In this document: one piece after another, positions 1 to 9,182 of the stretch
How the letters are laid out: every line of letters begins with the position of its first letter
Position numbering within the stretch: the first letter of the stretch is position 1
Source: an uncultured Candidatus Saccharibacteria bacterium
GTDB lineage: Bacteria; Patescibacteriota; Minisyncoccia; Phycocordibacterales; JAKAEA01
DNA: 57,614 bases
Assembly (NCBI GenBank): GCA_964520645.1
Contig: CAZFND010000004.1
Location: 1 to 57,614, forward strand
Direction of reading: 5' to 3'
The notes under the pieces: generated by a model
Databases searched by the model: none
What the model was told of the DNA's origin: nothing
Seen by the model: the letters and a program-made list of their open reading frames with translations, nothing else
Program-made: the position numbers and the translations under genes

Positions 1-182
1 TAGCGGAAGCTGCTCGTGGAATATTTCAACAAAAAAACGTGTTATGCTCCTTTTTAGGACATACACTTACAGTGTCGTTATTGTGCATTCCAATTGGATG
101 CAGAATGGAATGAGGATTTCTCAAAGCCTCTGACAGCCTGGTAAGACAGGAAGAACGGGACAAAATAAAGAATAGTAGATAC

Positions 183-213
183 AAAAACACTCACCTTATG
201 GTGAGTGTTTTTG
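183..213. terminator. Rho-independent terminator with a bidirectional shape
   Basis: Stem CACTCACC (188-195) pairs with GGTGAGTG (200-207), loop TTAT. An A-run lies upstream and a T-run at 208-212. It closes whatever unit enters from the left edge; + frames 2 and 3 reach stops near 133 and 113. Confidence 0.7.
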
Positions 214-253
214 TTATCTGTAAAAAAGTGTATGATACAAAGTCTCTGTATAT

Positions 254-421
254 ATGAATACTATGGGTGATATTGCTCCGATATTTAAACTTTTTGTAAA
301 CACATTGATTGTGATTGGTATGATTGCATATTTTTCTTTGTATTATCTCTTAATTAAAATGATTATTGATGGTTTTTTGTACGTAATAAATAATGGGGGT
401 CTATTGACACTTATAAAGTAG
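254..421 (+). CDS. Hypothetical small membrane protein (55 aa, below the ORF-track cutoff)
   Basis: ATG ORF MNTMGDIAPIFKLFVNTLIVIGMIAYFSLYYLLIKMIIDGFLYVINNGGLLTLIK with a hydrophobic core. Composition is host-like and AT-rich. A -10-like GTGTATGAT lies about 20 nt upstream, and hairpin 446-470 lies downstream. No homolog recognised. Confidence 0.3.
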   Translation: MNTMGDIAPIFKLFVNTLIVIGMIAYFSLYYLLIKMIIDGFLYVINNGGLLTLIK

Positions 422-501
422 AGTTGTAATATTATGATTGCCTCTAAGACATGGTTGTCTTAGGGCTAGAACATTCATCTGTTTTTTGAAAGGGTGGAAT
501 T

Positions 502-678
502 ATGGCTGAAAGCCCTAAGTTGGATATCTCAACTCAAGAAGATACACAGCCTACTTGTGCTGATTTTGATCGAAAGTTGGGGACAGAGCTTCCTCATGAC
601 ATGCCAGGCTCTGTGTGTGTGGCAGAGCGGGACCGGGTGGAGAATTCAGACGAAATTCCTCCTGAAGGGGCGGATTGA
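502..678 (+). CDS. Hypothetical acidic 58-aa protein in a GC-rich island; a structured RNA is the alternative reading
   Basis: ATG at 502 is preceded by AGGGTGG 5 nt upstream. Translation is MAESPKLDISTQEDTQPTCADFDRKLGTELPHDMPGSVCVAERDRVENSDEIPPEGAD. GC is about 50%. The ORF is followed by hairpins at 686-700 and 704-730. It is not in the ORF track, which lists the overlapping 494..685 frame instead. Confidence 0.35.
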   Translation: MAESPKLDISTQEDTQPTCADFDRKLGTELPHDMPGSVCVAERDRVENSDEIPPEGAD

Positions 679-703
679 TCTTTAATGAGCACTTCGCTCA
701 TGA

Positions 704-730
704 CACCGCGTAGCGCATAGCTGCGCGGTG
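704..730 (+). terminator. GC-rich hairpin, probable terminator of the 502..678 unit
   Basis: CACCGCGTAGC (704-714) pairs with GCTGCGCGGTG (720-730), giving 11 bp with one G-U pair. The trailing sequence is AATTATTT, a poor U-tract. Confidence 0.45.
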
Positions 731-784
731 AATTATTTACAGAATCTTGTTTTTTCGACATTTTTTTGATATGGTGGTGGACAT

Positions 785-857
785 GCGCTAGTAGCTCAGT
801 TGGTAGAGCACATCACTGATACTGATGGGGTCCCAGGTTCGAATCCTGGCTGGCGCA
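785..857 (+). tRNA. tRNA-Ile, anticodon GAU
   Basis: Hand-folded 73-nt cloverleaf. Acceptor GCGCTAG/CTGGCGC, D-arm GCTC-AGTTGGTA-GAGC, anticodon arm CATCA-CTGATAC-TGATG, T-arm CCAGG-TTCGAAT-CCTGG, discriminator A. No CCA is encoded. Confidence 0.93.
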
Positions 858-938
858 CAAAATACTGTTGATTTTAGATCAAAAAAAGGTATTATATTTA
901 TTCATCCGTCGCCGTAGGGCGATTAATTAATTATTTCT

Positions 939-2372
939 ATGATTGAAACTAAGAAAACAAAAATTGTTGCAACAATCGGTCCGGCTACACAGAGTGTAGA
1001 AAAGTTAACTGAACTTCTACAAGCAGGATTTAATGTTATGAGACTCAACTTTTCTCATGGTGATTTTGCTGAACACCAAATGAAGGTTGATAATCTCAGA
1101 AAAGCAATCAAAAAGACAGGTATTCCTGCTGCTATTTTGCAAGATCTTTCTGGTCCAAAATTCCGAATTGGAGATTTTTATCAAGAACGAGTGCAGCTTA
1201 AAGCTGGTGATTTTATCACTCTTACAACAGAAAAAATTGTAGGTGATGAAAAGCGAGTTTCTGTAAACTATCCAACACTTCATGAAGAAATCATGGTGGG
1301 TAATATCATCATGGTAGATGATGGAAAGAAGAAGTTTGAAGTAGTAGAAGTAAAAGGTACTGAAATTAAGTGTAAGATTCTTGTGGGAGGAGATACTAAG
1401 GGTCGCCGAGGATTGAACCTTCCTGGTGCACCAATTAAAATCAGTGCTCTTACAGACAAAGATAAAAAAGATATTGATTTTGGTGTAAAAAATAACGTTG
1501 ATATTGTTGCATTTTCATTCGTACGAAGACCAAGTGATGTAATTGAACTTCGAGAAATTCTTAACGCAAAAAAATCAAAAGCAAAAATCATGGCTAAGAT
1601 TGAAACAATCGAAGCTGTAGAAGACTTTGATAAGATTCTTGAGCTTGTTGATATGATCATGGTTGCCCGAGGAGATCTTGGTGTAGAACTTGGTCATGAA
1701 AATGTACCTACTGTACAGAAGATGATTATTGAAAAGTGTCTTGAAGCTGGAAAGCCGGTAGTAACTGCTACACAGATGCTCGAATCGATGATCAAAAATC
1801 CTATTCCAACTCGAGCAGAAGTTTCAGACGTAGCAAATGCTATCTTTGATGGTACAGATGCGGTAATGCTTTCTGAAGAAACAACACTTGGTGAACATCC
1901 TATAGAAGCTGTGAATGTCATGGGACGCATTGCTCGAAAGGTAGAAAATGATCCTATCTATCAAGAACGAATGCTCGGACGACATCTCATGAAGCATCTT
2001 GGAAATAGTGATCGAACTGCTGATGCTATCACCAATGAAGTGGTGGATATGGCCAACACTCTTGATGCAAAGGCTATTGTTGCATTCACTGAATCTGGAT
2101 TTACTGCACGTATGATTGCTCGATACAAGCCTCTTCAGCCAATTGTTGCTTTTACTCCAAATGAAAAAACTCATACTCAACTCTTGGTAACGTTTGGATG
2201 TACACCAGTGCTTATCAAAAAAGTAAAAATGCTTAATGAAGCGGTAACAGAAGCAAAAGCATATATGCTTAAAAATAAGATTGCACAAAAAGGTGATAAA
2301 GTTGTTATTGCAACAGGATATCCATTTGGTAAAAAAATTGATACCAATATGGTGCTTATTGAGACTTTGTAA
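939..2372 (+). CDS. pyk: Pyruvate kinase
   Basis: 477 aa. Motifs KIVATIGPA, MRLNFSHG, IMVARGDLGVE, TATQMLESM, and a C-terminal alpha/beta domain. Confidence 0.95.
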   Translation: MIETKKTKIVATIGPATQSVEKLTELLQAGFNVMRLNFSHGDFAEHQMKVDNLRKAIKKTGIPAAILQDLSGPKFRIGDFYQERVQLKAGDFITLTTEKIVGDEKRVSVNYPTLHEEIMVGNIIMVDDGKKKFEVVEVKGTEIKCKILVGGDTKGRRGLNLPGAPIKISALTDKDKKDIDFGVKNNVDIVAFSFVRRPSDVIELREILNAKKSKAKIMAKIETIEAVEDFDKILELVDMIMVARGDLGVELGHENVPTVQKMIIEKCLEAGKPVVTATQMLESMIKNPIPTRAEVSDVANAIFDGTDAVMLSEETTLGEHPIEAVNVMGRIARKVENDPIYQERMLGRHLMKHLGNSDRTADAITNEVVDMANTLDAKAIVAFTESGFTARMIARYKPLQPIVAFTPNEKTHTQLLVTFGCTPVLIKKVKMLNEAVTEAKAYMLKNKIAQKGDKVVIATGYPFGKKIDTNMVLIETL

Positions 2373-2445
2373 TCAATAAGAATCTCAAATTCTTATACAA
2401 TAAAAAGTGATAGAAATTCTACCCCCATTATGTGATAATGGGGGT

Positions 2446-3798
2446 ATGAATTTTTTTAAAGGGAAAAAAGTAACTGTTATGGGCTTAGGGCTTCTTGGTC
2501 GTGGCTTGGGAGATGTAATCTTTCTGTCGCAGGAAGGTGCCGAGCTCATTGTGACTGATCTAAAAACAAAAGAACAACTAAGTTCAAGTCTCAAATCTTT
2601 ACAAGAAACGTTGGGTGATAATTTCAATAAAATCACGTTTGTTTTAGGTGAGCATAGATTAGAAGATTTTAAAGATAGAGATTTTATTTTAAAAGCTGCA
2701 GGAGTTCCTTTTGATTCTATCTACATAGCTGAAGCTCGCAAAAATAATATCCCAATAGAGATGGGAGCATCACTTTTTGCAAAATTAAGTGGAACAACAA
2801 TTATTGGTATTACGGGTACTCGTGGTAAAACTACGGTTACTCATTTATTGCATGATGTAATTACAGAAGCGGTAAAACGAGGAGAAATTAAATATAAAAA
2901 AGTTTTTCTTGGAGGAAATATACGAGGAGTTTCTACGCTTCAGTTTTTGAGAGAAGCAGGTAAAGAGGATGTTGCGGTACTTGAACTTGATTCATGGCAG
3001 ATGCAGGGGTTTGAAGAAGCACATATGAGTCCGCATATTTCAGTTTTCACGACATTTTTTAAAGATCATATGAATTATTATAAGAATGATCTCGATCATT
3101 ATCTTGATGATAAGGCTGCGATATTTAAATATCAAAATAACAATGATGTGCTTGTGGTAGGAAATCAGGCTACAGAAATGATTACAAAAAAATATCCTGA
3201 AATCCATAGCAAGGTGATAGTTGCAAGTGAAGAGAACATTCCCTCAGATTGGATACTTAAAATGCCAGGAATACATAATAGATACAATGCCGGCCTTGTA
3301 AAAGCAGCTGCTGAAGCACTTACTATTTCAGACTCTACAATAAAAGGGGTAATAGAGAATTTTGTGGGTGTTCCTGGTAGATTAGAATTTTTATGCGAAA
3401 TGAATGGTGTAAAGATTTATAATGACACAACAGCGACGACTCCTGATGCTACATTGGTTGCACTCAAAGCATTAGAAAAAAATATTATTTTGATTATGGG
3501 AGGAGCTGACAAACAGCTTGATATGACTGATCTTATACAAGCATTACCAGCACATACTAAAAGAGTGATTTTGTTAGATGGAACGGGGAGTGCTCGAATA
3601 GAATCTGAGCTTGTTAAAAATAAAGGAATTAATCTAGATAAAGCAGCTAGTCTTAAAGAAGCTGTTGAGAAAGCTGTAATTGCCGCAAAAGAAGGTGACA
3701 CTATTGTGTTAAGTCCGGCATTCGCTTCCTTTGGTATGTTCAAAAATGAATATGATCGGGGAGACCAGTTTAATGCTCTAGTAAAGAATCTTAAGTAA
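2446..3798 (+). CDS. murD: UDP-N-acetylmuramoyl-L-alanine--D-glutamate ligase
   Basis: Motifs VMGLGLLGRG, GITGTRGKTTV, NDTTATTPDAT. I place the start at ATG 2446, with GGGGG 3 nt upstream, rather than the track's GTG 2407. Confidence 0.92.
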   Translation: MNFFKGKKVTVMGLGLLGRGLGDVIFLSQEGAELIVTDLKTKEQLSSSLKSLQETLGDNFNKITFVLGEHRLEDFKDRDFILKAAGVPFDSIYIAEARKNNIPIEMGASLFAKLSGTTIIGITGTRGKTTVTHLLHDVITEAVKRGEIKYKKVFLGGNIRGVSTLQFLREAGKEDVAVLELDSWQMQGFEEAHMSPHISVFTTFFKDHMNYYKNDLDHYLDDKAAIFKYQNNNDVLVVGNQATEMITKKYPEIHSKVIVASEENIPSDWILKMPGIHNRYNAGLVKAAAEALTISDSTIKGVIENFVGVPGRLEFLCEMNGVKIYNDTTATTPDATLVALKALEKNIILIMGGADKQLDMTDLIQALPAHTKRVILLDGTGSARIESELVKNKGINLDKAASLKEAVEKAVIAAKEGDTIVLSPAFASFGMFKNEYDRGDQFNALVKNLK

Positions 3799-3800
3799 GA

Positions 3801-3806
3801 TATAAT
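3801..3806 (+). promoter_or_regulatory. -10 box (TATAAT) exactly 6 nt before the murC ATG; candidate leaderless start
   Basis: TATAAT at 3801-3806 and ATG at 3813, so the predicted +1 coincides with the A of ATG. No SD. Confidence 0.35.
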
Positions 3807-3812
3807 TAAAAA

Positions 3813-5129
3813 ATGGACGTAGATTTTAATAAAATTAAGGCACTACATTTTATCGGTATTGGCGGTGTGGGTATTTCTGCGCTCGCGCGATTGATGCTTA
3901 CTCAGGGTAAAGAAATTTCTGGTACAAATGATTCAGAAAGTCACGAAACACTGGATGGATTGAGGAAACAAAATGTAAAAATTTCTCTCGATACAAAACC
4001 GGAACATCTCCCTCAGGCTGATATGTATGTATATAGTGATGCGTGGCTTACCAATAATCCTGCAATTTTAGACGCAGCAAAATCTAAAGGTGTGCCTGTT
4101 CTTTCATATGCTGAAGCATTAGGAGTGGTATCAAAAAACTATAAAGTAATTGCAGTAGCTGGAGCTCATGGAAAGACAACAACAACAGCCATGGTGGCTG
4201 ATGTCCTTGAGGATGCAGGCTTTGACCCTACCGTTGTTGTAGGATCCCTTCGGTCAAAAACAAAAAGCAATTTTAGTGATGGAAAAGGTGAATATCTTGT
4301 TGTAGAAGCTGATGAGTATATGCGCCACTTCTTGAATTTTAATCCGTATATTCTTGTTATTTTAAATGTAGATGATGATCATCTAGACTATTACAAAGAC
4401 ATTGAGGATATAAAAGATGCTTTTGCAGCTCTTGTAAAAAAGACTGATCCGGATGGATTTATTATTTGTGATAAAGAATTGCCTCACATAGAAGATGTAG
4501 TGAGACATGCCAAAGCTACAGTAATAGATTATGAATTGTTTGGAGATTATAATTTGAATCTCAAAGTTCCCGGTCAGCACAATCTTAGTAATGCAGCCGC
4601 AGTACTCGCTGTAGCAGACGCTCTCAAGATTCCTCGAGCACAAGCCAAGAAGTCTCTCGAAGCTTTTTCTGGTACATGGCGTCGATTTGAATACAAAGGC
4701 AAAACGCAAAAAGGAGCAGCCGTATATGATGACTATGGTCATCATCCGACTGAAGTACAGGTGACACTACATGGTGCGCGGGAACTTTTTCCAGACAAAA
4801 AAATAGTAGTAGTTTTCCAACCACATCTCTATAGTAGAACAAAACAGCATGTGAAGAAATTTGGTTCTGCATTTGATCATGTTGATGATGTTGTTATTGC
4901 TCCCATTTTTGCGGCTCGGGAAGCACATGATCCCACTATCTCATCAGAAATGGTGGCAACAGAAATTTTTAAGCATAAAGCTGAACGGTTCCCACTTGGG
5001 GGACAAGTGCAAGCATTGGATTCATTTGAAAAAATAGAAACATATCTACGTCAGTTTGGAAGCGATACTATTATTATCACAATGGGGGCAGGGGATATTT
5101 ATAAAATTGCTGAGAAGTTAGTACAATAG
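3813..5129 (+). CDS. murC: UDP-N-acetylmuramate--L-alanine ligase
   Basis: Motifs HFIGIGGVGISALARLM, AGAHGKTTTTAM, DDYGHHPTE. Confidence 0.95.
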   Translation: MDVDFNKIKALHFIGIGGVGISALARLMLTQGKEISGTNDSESHETLDGLRKQNVKISLDTKPEHLPQADMYVYSDAWLTNNPAILDAAKSKGVPVLSYAEALGVVSKNYKVIAVAGAHGKTTTTAMVADVLEDAGFDPTVVVGSLRSKTKSNFSDGKGEYLVVEADEYMRHFLNFNPYILVILNVDDDHLDYYKDIEDIKDAFAALVKKTDPDGFIICDKELPHIEDVVRHAKATVIDYELFGDYNLNLKVPGQHNLSNAAAVLAVADALKIPRAQAKKSLEAFSGTWRRFEYKGKTQKGAAVYDDYGHHPTEVQVTLHGARELFPDKKIVVVFQPHLYSRTKQHVKKFGSAFDHVDDVVIAPIFAAREAHDPTISSEMVATEIFKHKAERFPLGGQVQALDSFEKIETYLRQFGSDTIIITMGAGDIYKIAEKLVQ

Positions 5130-5130
5130 T

Positions 5131-5730
5131 ATGGACCAGGCAATTTACGGATTATCCTATGTCGAAAATTTGTCCTATTTGGGGATTTTCTTAACTGTTG
5201 CATTTAGTGGTTACGCACTTCCTATTCCAGAAGAAATTGTTCTCATTTTAGGAGGATATTTGGCCGCTCGAGGAATTGTGAGCCTTCCTCTTGTTATGCT
5301 TATTAGTATTTTTGCAGGTACTACAGGAGATGGATTGATTTTTTATTTAAGTGGTCATGGAAGCCGATTTACCCAAAAGTATCATGAAAAAGTGGAGAAG
5401 ACCCACTTGGGCTGGTATCTCCGTCACATGAAGGAACATAGCTGGACAACGGTGTTTTTTTCACGATTTATTGTAGGAATGCGTTTTTTTAATCCTCTTG
5501 TTGCTGGACTCATGAATATTCAATGGAAGACATTTATTTCAGCGACATTTGTATCAACACTTATTTACACCCCTGTAGTTGTGCTCATCGGTTATTATTC
5601 TAATCATCAAATTTATAGAATTATACATCTTGCACGTTCAGTGCGGCATTTTATTTTGATAGGATTTACTATTTTGTCGATAGTACTTATTATTATATTT
5701 ATTAGAAATTTAATACAAAAGAAAACATAG
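5131..5730 (+). CDS. DedA/VTT-family membrane protein
   Basis: 199 aa. SGYALPIPEEIVLILGGYLAARG-type DedA signature and multiple TM helices. Starts 1 nt after the murC stop. Confidence 0.8.
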   Translation: MDQAIYGLSYVENLSYLGIFLTVAFSGYALPIPEEIVLILGGYLAARGIVSLPLVMLISIFAGTTGDGLIFYLSGHGSRFTQKYHEKVEKTHLGWYLRHMKEHSWTTVFFSRFIVGMRFFNPLVAGLMNIQWKTFISATFVSTLIYTPVVVLIGYYSNHQIYRIIHLARSVRHFILIGFTILSIVLIIIFIRNLIQKKT

Positions 5731-5732
5731 GT

Positions 5733-5738
5733 TATACT
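5733..5738 (+). promoter_or_regulatory. -10 box (TATACT) exactly 6 nt before ATG 5745
   Basis: TATACT at 5733-5738, ATG at 5745, no SD. Confidence 0.3.
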
Positions 5739-5744
5739 ACAGAT

Positions 5745-5939
5745 ATGTCCCGCAACACTTTTTACATGATATTGGGAGTAATGATTATACTTATTCCGTT
5801 CTCTGGGTTTCCTTCTTTTTGGAAGACGACATTCCATGTTGTTATAGGATTAATAATGATTGGGCTAGGTATGTTAATTTACCTTAATAAAAGAGCTCGT
5901 CGGTCGACAGAAGAGTTTGTAGAAAATCGAAAGCAATGA
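5745..5939 (+). CDS. Hypothetical 2-TM small membrane protein
   Basis: 64 aa with two hydrophobic helices and a basic C-terminal tail. ATGA overlap with the next gene suggests coupling. Confidence 0.5.
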   Translation: MSRNTFYMILGVMIILIPFSGFPSFWKTTFHVVIGLIMIGLGMLIYLNKRARRSTEEFVENRKQ

Positions 5940-7192
5940 GTAATAAAAGAAAAACTTATTTATTTTCTTTACTCTGTAGCATACTTGTATTGTTTGGTTT
6001 ATATTATTGGGCATTTCCATTTTTAACTCGTGATATATACGATGTTTCTGCTGAGTTGGTTAAAGGTATGGCTACTTCCTCAAATGATTTGTCGCCGATA
6101 CCAGATACAGTAAAGGAACAATTGCCTGTTGTAAGTCATGTTTCAACACCTCCTGCAGTAAAAGGAATTTATATGAGTGCATGTGTGGCCGGTTCAAAAA
6201 AATTACGAGAAGGACTCGTTGCTATTGCTACAACCACAGAAATAAATTCAATTATTATTGATGTAAAAGATTTTTCAGGAAAACTTTCATTCAATCCTAC
6301 CAATCCAGCACTTAAGCCTTATGTGTCGCCAAGTTGTGGAGCAGTTGATATGGCAGAATTCATTCGACACCTCCATAGTTTAAATATTTATGTTATTGGA
6401 CGAGTGACCGTATTTCAAGATCCATTTTATACAAAAGTACATCCAGAAGCTGCAATTCGCCGAAAGAGTAATGGTGGCTTATGGACTGATAAAAATGGTT
6501 TAAGTTATATAGATCCATCATCAACACAAGCATGGGATCATGTGATTGCTATCGCAGAAGCTTCGTATGACATTGGTTTTGATGAAATTAATTTTGATTA
6601 TATTCGATATCCTTCAGATGGAAATGTGAGTGATATTAGTTTGCCTGCAAAGAAAGGTGGATCAAAACCAGAGATCCTAGAATCATTTTTTAAATATTTG
6701 CATGAGCATATGAGTGCAAAGGGAATTATTGCATCAGCTGATTTGTTTGGAATGACGACAACAAATTATGACGACTTAGGTATTGGCCAAGTACTCGAAC
6801 GAGCATTGCCATATTTTGATTATATTTCACCAATGGTGTATCCATCACACTATCCTCCAGATTTTAATGGGTGGAAAAATCCAAATCTTGTTCCATACGA
6901 TCTTATTTATTATGTGATGAAACGAGGAGTAGAGCGTACACGTGCATCTTCAACACCTATCCATCTTACAGGAAGTACAAGAATTGGTACGGGTACACCA
7001 ATACTCTATACAAAACCTTCCTATGATATTCAAAAGCTTCGTCCATGGATTCAAGATTTTAACTACGGTGGATATTATGGACCTAAAGAGGTGAGGGCAC
7101 AGATTCAGGCAGCGTATGATGTTGGGCTTACTTCTTGGCTCATCTGGAATCCTTCTAATAAATACACGATTGAGGCACTCTACAAGGAGTAA
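5936..7192 (+). CDS. DUF4015-like putative glycoside hydrolase (TIM-barrel), membrane-anchored
   Basis: N-terminal TM helix. Motifs KGIYMS, IIIDVKDFSG, YVIGRVTVFQD, GFDEINFDYIRYPSDG recall the DUF4015 family. Confidence 0.65.
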   Translation: MSNKRKTYLFSLLCSILVLFGLYYWAFPFLTRDIYDVSAELVKGMATSSNDLSPIPDTVKEQLPVVSHVSTPPAVKGIYMSACVAGSKKLREGLVAIATTTEINSIIIDVKDFSGKLSFNPTNPALKPYVSPSCGAVDMAEFIRHLHSLNIYVIGRVTVFQDPFYTKVHPEAAIRRKSNGGLWTDKNGLSYIDPSSTQAWDHVIAIAEASYDIGFDEINFDYIRYPSDGNVSDISLPAKKGGSKPEILESFFKYLHEHMSAKGIIASADLFGMTTTNYDDLGIGQVLERALPYFDYISPMVYPSHYPPDFNGWKNPNLVPYDLIYYVMKRGVERTRASSTPIHLTGSTRIGTGTPILYTKPSYDIQKLRPWIQDFNYGGYYGPKEVRAQIQAAYDVGLTSWLIWNPSNKYTIEALYKE

Positions 7193-7268
7193 ATAGATTG
7201 TAATCTTAATAGTAATGTTGTCTGTTTAAAAGACCCTAAATACGTTATAATACTATACAACTTCTCAT

Positions 7269-9182
7269 ATGAATGGAGATCCTATTACATATTTTGCCGA
7301 AACTGACGCTCGCAGCAAGCGAGTACCTTTTGGCATAAAAGAATCTGATCGTTCTCGTCATATGTATATCATTGGCAAGACGGGTATGGGAAAGTCCACC
7401 CTTCTTGAAAACATGGCTGTGCAGGATATCAAAAACGGAGCTGGCATGGCCTTTATTGATCCTCACGGAAAGACAGCCGATCTTCTTCTTGATTATGTTC
7501 CTCAAGAACGTATAAAAGATGTGATTTATTTTGCTCCTTTTGATTTGGATTATCCAATCTCATTTAACGTGATGGAAGATGTGGGTCATGAGCGACGTCA
7601 CCTTGTTGCCAACGGACTCATGAGTGCATTCAAGAAAATTTGGGTGGATGCATGGAGTGCACGTATGGAATATATCTTGAATAATATTCTTCTCTCACTG
7701 CTTGAATTTCCTGATGCTACTTTGGTGGGAGTTAACCGAATGCTTGTTGATAAAGAATATCGAAAAATTGTTGTAGATAATATTACTGATCCTTCTGTTA
7801 AGGCGTTTTGGACTGAAGAATTTGCAAAATATGGTGATCGATATATGCAGGAAGCTGGTGCTGCAATCCAAAACAAAATTGGACAATTTATTTCCAATCC
7901 TCTTGTGCGAAATATTATTGGTCAGCCAAAGTCTACATTTGATATTCGTTCGATTATGGATGAGAAGAAGATTCTCATTATCAACCTCTCAAAAGGCCGG
8001 GTGGGTGAAGCCAATGCCAATTTGCTTGGAAGTATGCTCATTACCAAAATTTATTTGGCAGCGATGTCACGTGCAGATGCATCTCCAGGACTTCTCAAAA
8101 AGCTTCCAAGTTTTAATCTCTATGTAGACGAATTTCAATCATTTGCCAATGAGTCTTTTGCAGATATTCTCTCAGAAGCTCGAAAATATAAGTTGAGTTT
8201 GGTTATTGCACACCAGTATATAGAACAGATGAGTGATGAAGTGCGTGCTGCTGTGTTTGGTAACGTGGGAACAATGATCACTTTCCGTATAGGTGCACTT
8301 GATGCAGAAATATTTGAAAAGGAATTTTCACCTGCCTTCAATCAAGAAGATATGGTAAATCTTGGGTTTGCTCAGATTTATCTTAAACTCATGATAGATG
8401 GAGTAACATCTCAGCCTTTCTCGGGAGTGACCCTTCCTCCTATTGAGAAACCTCTTGTATCATTTAAAGAAGATATTATCCGATTCTCACGATCAACATA
8501 CTCTAATCCTCGAGCTGAGGTGGAAGAAGCTATTAGAAAATGGCATGAACCAAAGCACGATCCAAAACAGGATCAAAAACGTCTTGATGACAGACCACGT
8601 CAATCCCACTATGATAGAAATGATAGGGGTGACCGAAACGATAGAAGAGATTTGCCTTCACGAGAAGAGAAAAAAGCAACTCCAGCCCCTGATCTTAAAA
8701 ATATTTTGCGTTCTATAGTGGGGAATAACGCTAATACTCCTAAACCTCAGCCTCAATCTCAAGCCGGTTCTTCGATGAAGGTTCCTTTAAGGCAAGATGT
8801 TCAAAAACCTGAGCCTCAGCCACTGCGTGTTGTACCTCAAAAAGAAGCTCAAGAAAATGAATTAAGGAAAGCTATTTCTCTTAATTATAGTCGTAACGTA
8901 GAACCCATAGAAAAGAAAAAGACTGTTATAAAAAGAGAAAAAGGACCAAGCCAACAAAATTTGGCTGCATTACGTGATGCACTTAACTCAGTTATTAAAG
9001 AAAGAGAAGCAGAAATACTTTCTAATCAACAAAAAATTATTTCTGTATCTACAAAATCAGTACAAGCCCCAAAGCCTCAAATTCCAATAGTTGAAGCTTC
9101 ACTACCTAAAGTAGAACAAGCTAAGCCTGCTCGTGAAGTACCAGAAGATGTTTTGCGAAAAATCCTAGATACTGAATCATGA
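7269..9182 (+). CDS. Soluble VirD4/TraD-like (T4SS coupling-protein-type) P-loop ATPase with a long disordered tail
   Basis: Walker A IIGKTGMGKSTLLENM, Walker B-like FNLYVDEFQSF, and SEARKYKLSLVIAHQYIEQM. No N-terminal TM helices. The last ~200 aa are K/P/Q/R/E/D-rich low complexity (DRNDRGDRNDRRD). Confidence 0.78.
   Translation: MNGDPITYFAETDARSKRVPFGIKESDRSRHMYIIGKTGMGKSTLLENMAVQDIKNGAGMAFIDPHGKTADLLLDYVPQERIKDVIYFAPFDLDYPISFNVMEDVGHERRHLVANGLMSAFKKIWVDAWSARMEYILNNILLSLLEFPDATLVGVNRMLVDKEYRKIVVDNITDPSVKAFWTEEFAKYGDRYMQEAGAAIQNKIGQFISNPLVRNIIGQPKSTFDIRSIMDEKKILIINLSKGRVGEANANLLGSMLITKIYLAAMSRADASPGLLKKLPSFNLYVDEFQSFANESFADILSEARKYKLSLVIAHQYIEQMSDEVRAAVFGNVGTMITFRIGALDAEIFEKEFSPAFNQEDMVNLGFAQIYLKLMIDGVTSQPFSGVTLPPIEKPLVSFKEDIIRFSRSTYSNPRAEVEEAIRKWHEPKHDPKQDQKRLDDRPRQSHYDRNDRGDRNDRRDLPSREEKKATPAPDLKNILRSIVGNNANTPKPQPQSQAGSSMKVPLRQDVQKPEPQPLRVVPQKEAQENELRKAISLNYSRNVEPIEKKKTVIKREKGPSQQNLAALRDALNSVIKEREAEILSNQQKIISVSTKSVQAPKPQIPIVEASLPKVEQAKPAREVPEDVLRKILDTES

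Noticed and set aside
494-685. The track's 63-aa GTG ORF (MELWLKALSW...)
   Set aside because: It has no SD and a hydrophobic, W/C-rich translation typical of an off-frame read. The overlapping ATG 502 frame has an SD and a more protein-like product. Even that one is only a low-confidence call, because the region may be an RNA.
1017-2288. - strand ORFs of 78-154 aa inside pyk, and similar ones inside murD, murC, secA, eno, gpmI and others
   Set aside because: Each is fully nested antisense to a confidently identified gene. Their translations are low-complexity and Cys/Ser/Phe/Ile-rich, which is typical of shadow ORFs.
2407-2445. The N-terminal extension of MurD from GTG 2407 (the same issue applies at 34712 for eno, 14813 and 16676 for GT4s)
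   Set aside because: Internal ATGs line up with conserved N-termini ([37 protein letters not shown]). They remove long overlaps with upstream genes.
7269-9182. The VirD4-like ATPase as a marker of an integrative conjugative element or T4SS
   Set aside because: The window has no relaxase, VirB4/B6/B8-11, integrase, att-like repeats or compositional shift. The gene has host-like AT content and is coupled to a glycosyltransferase.
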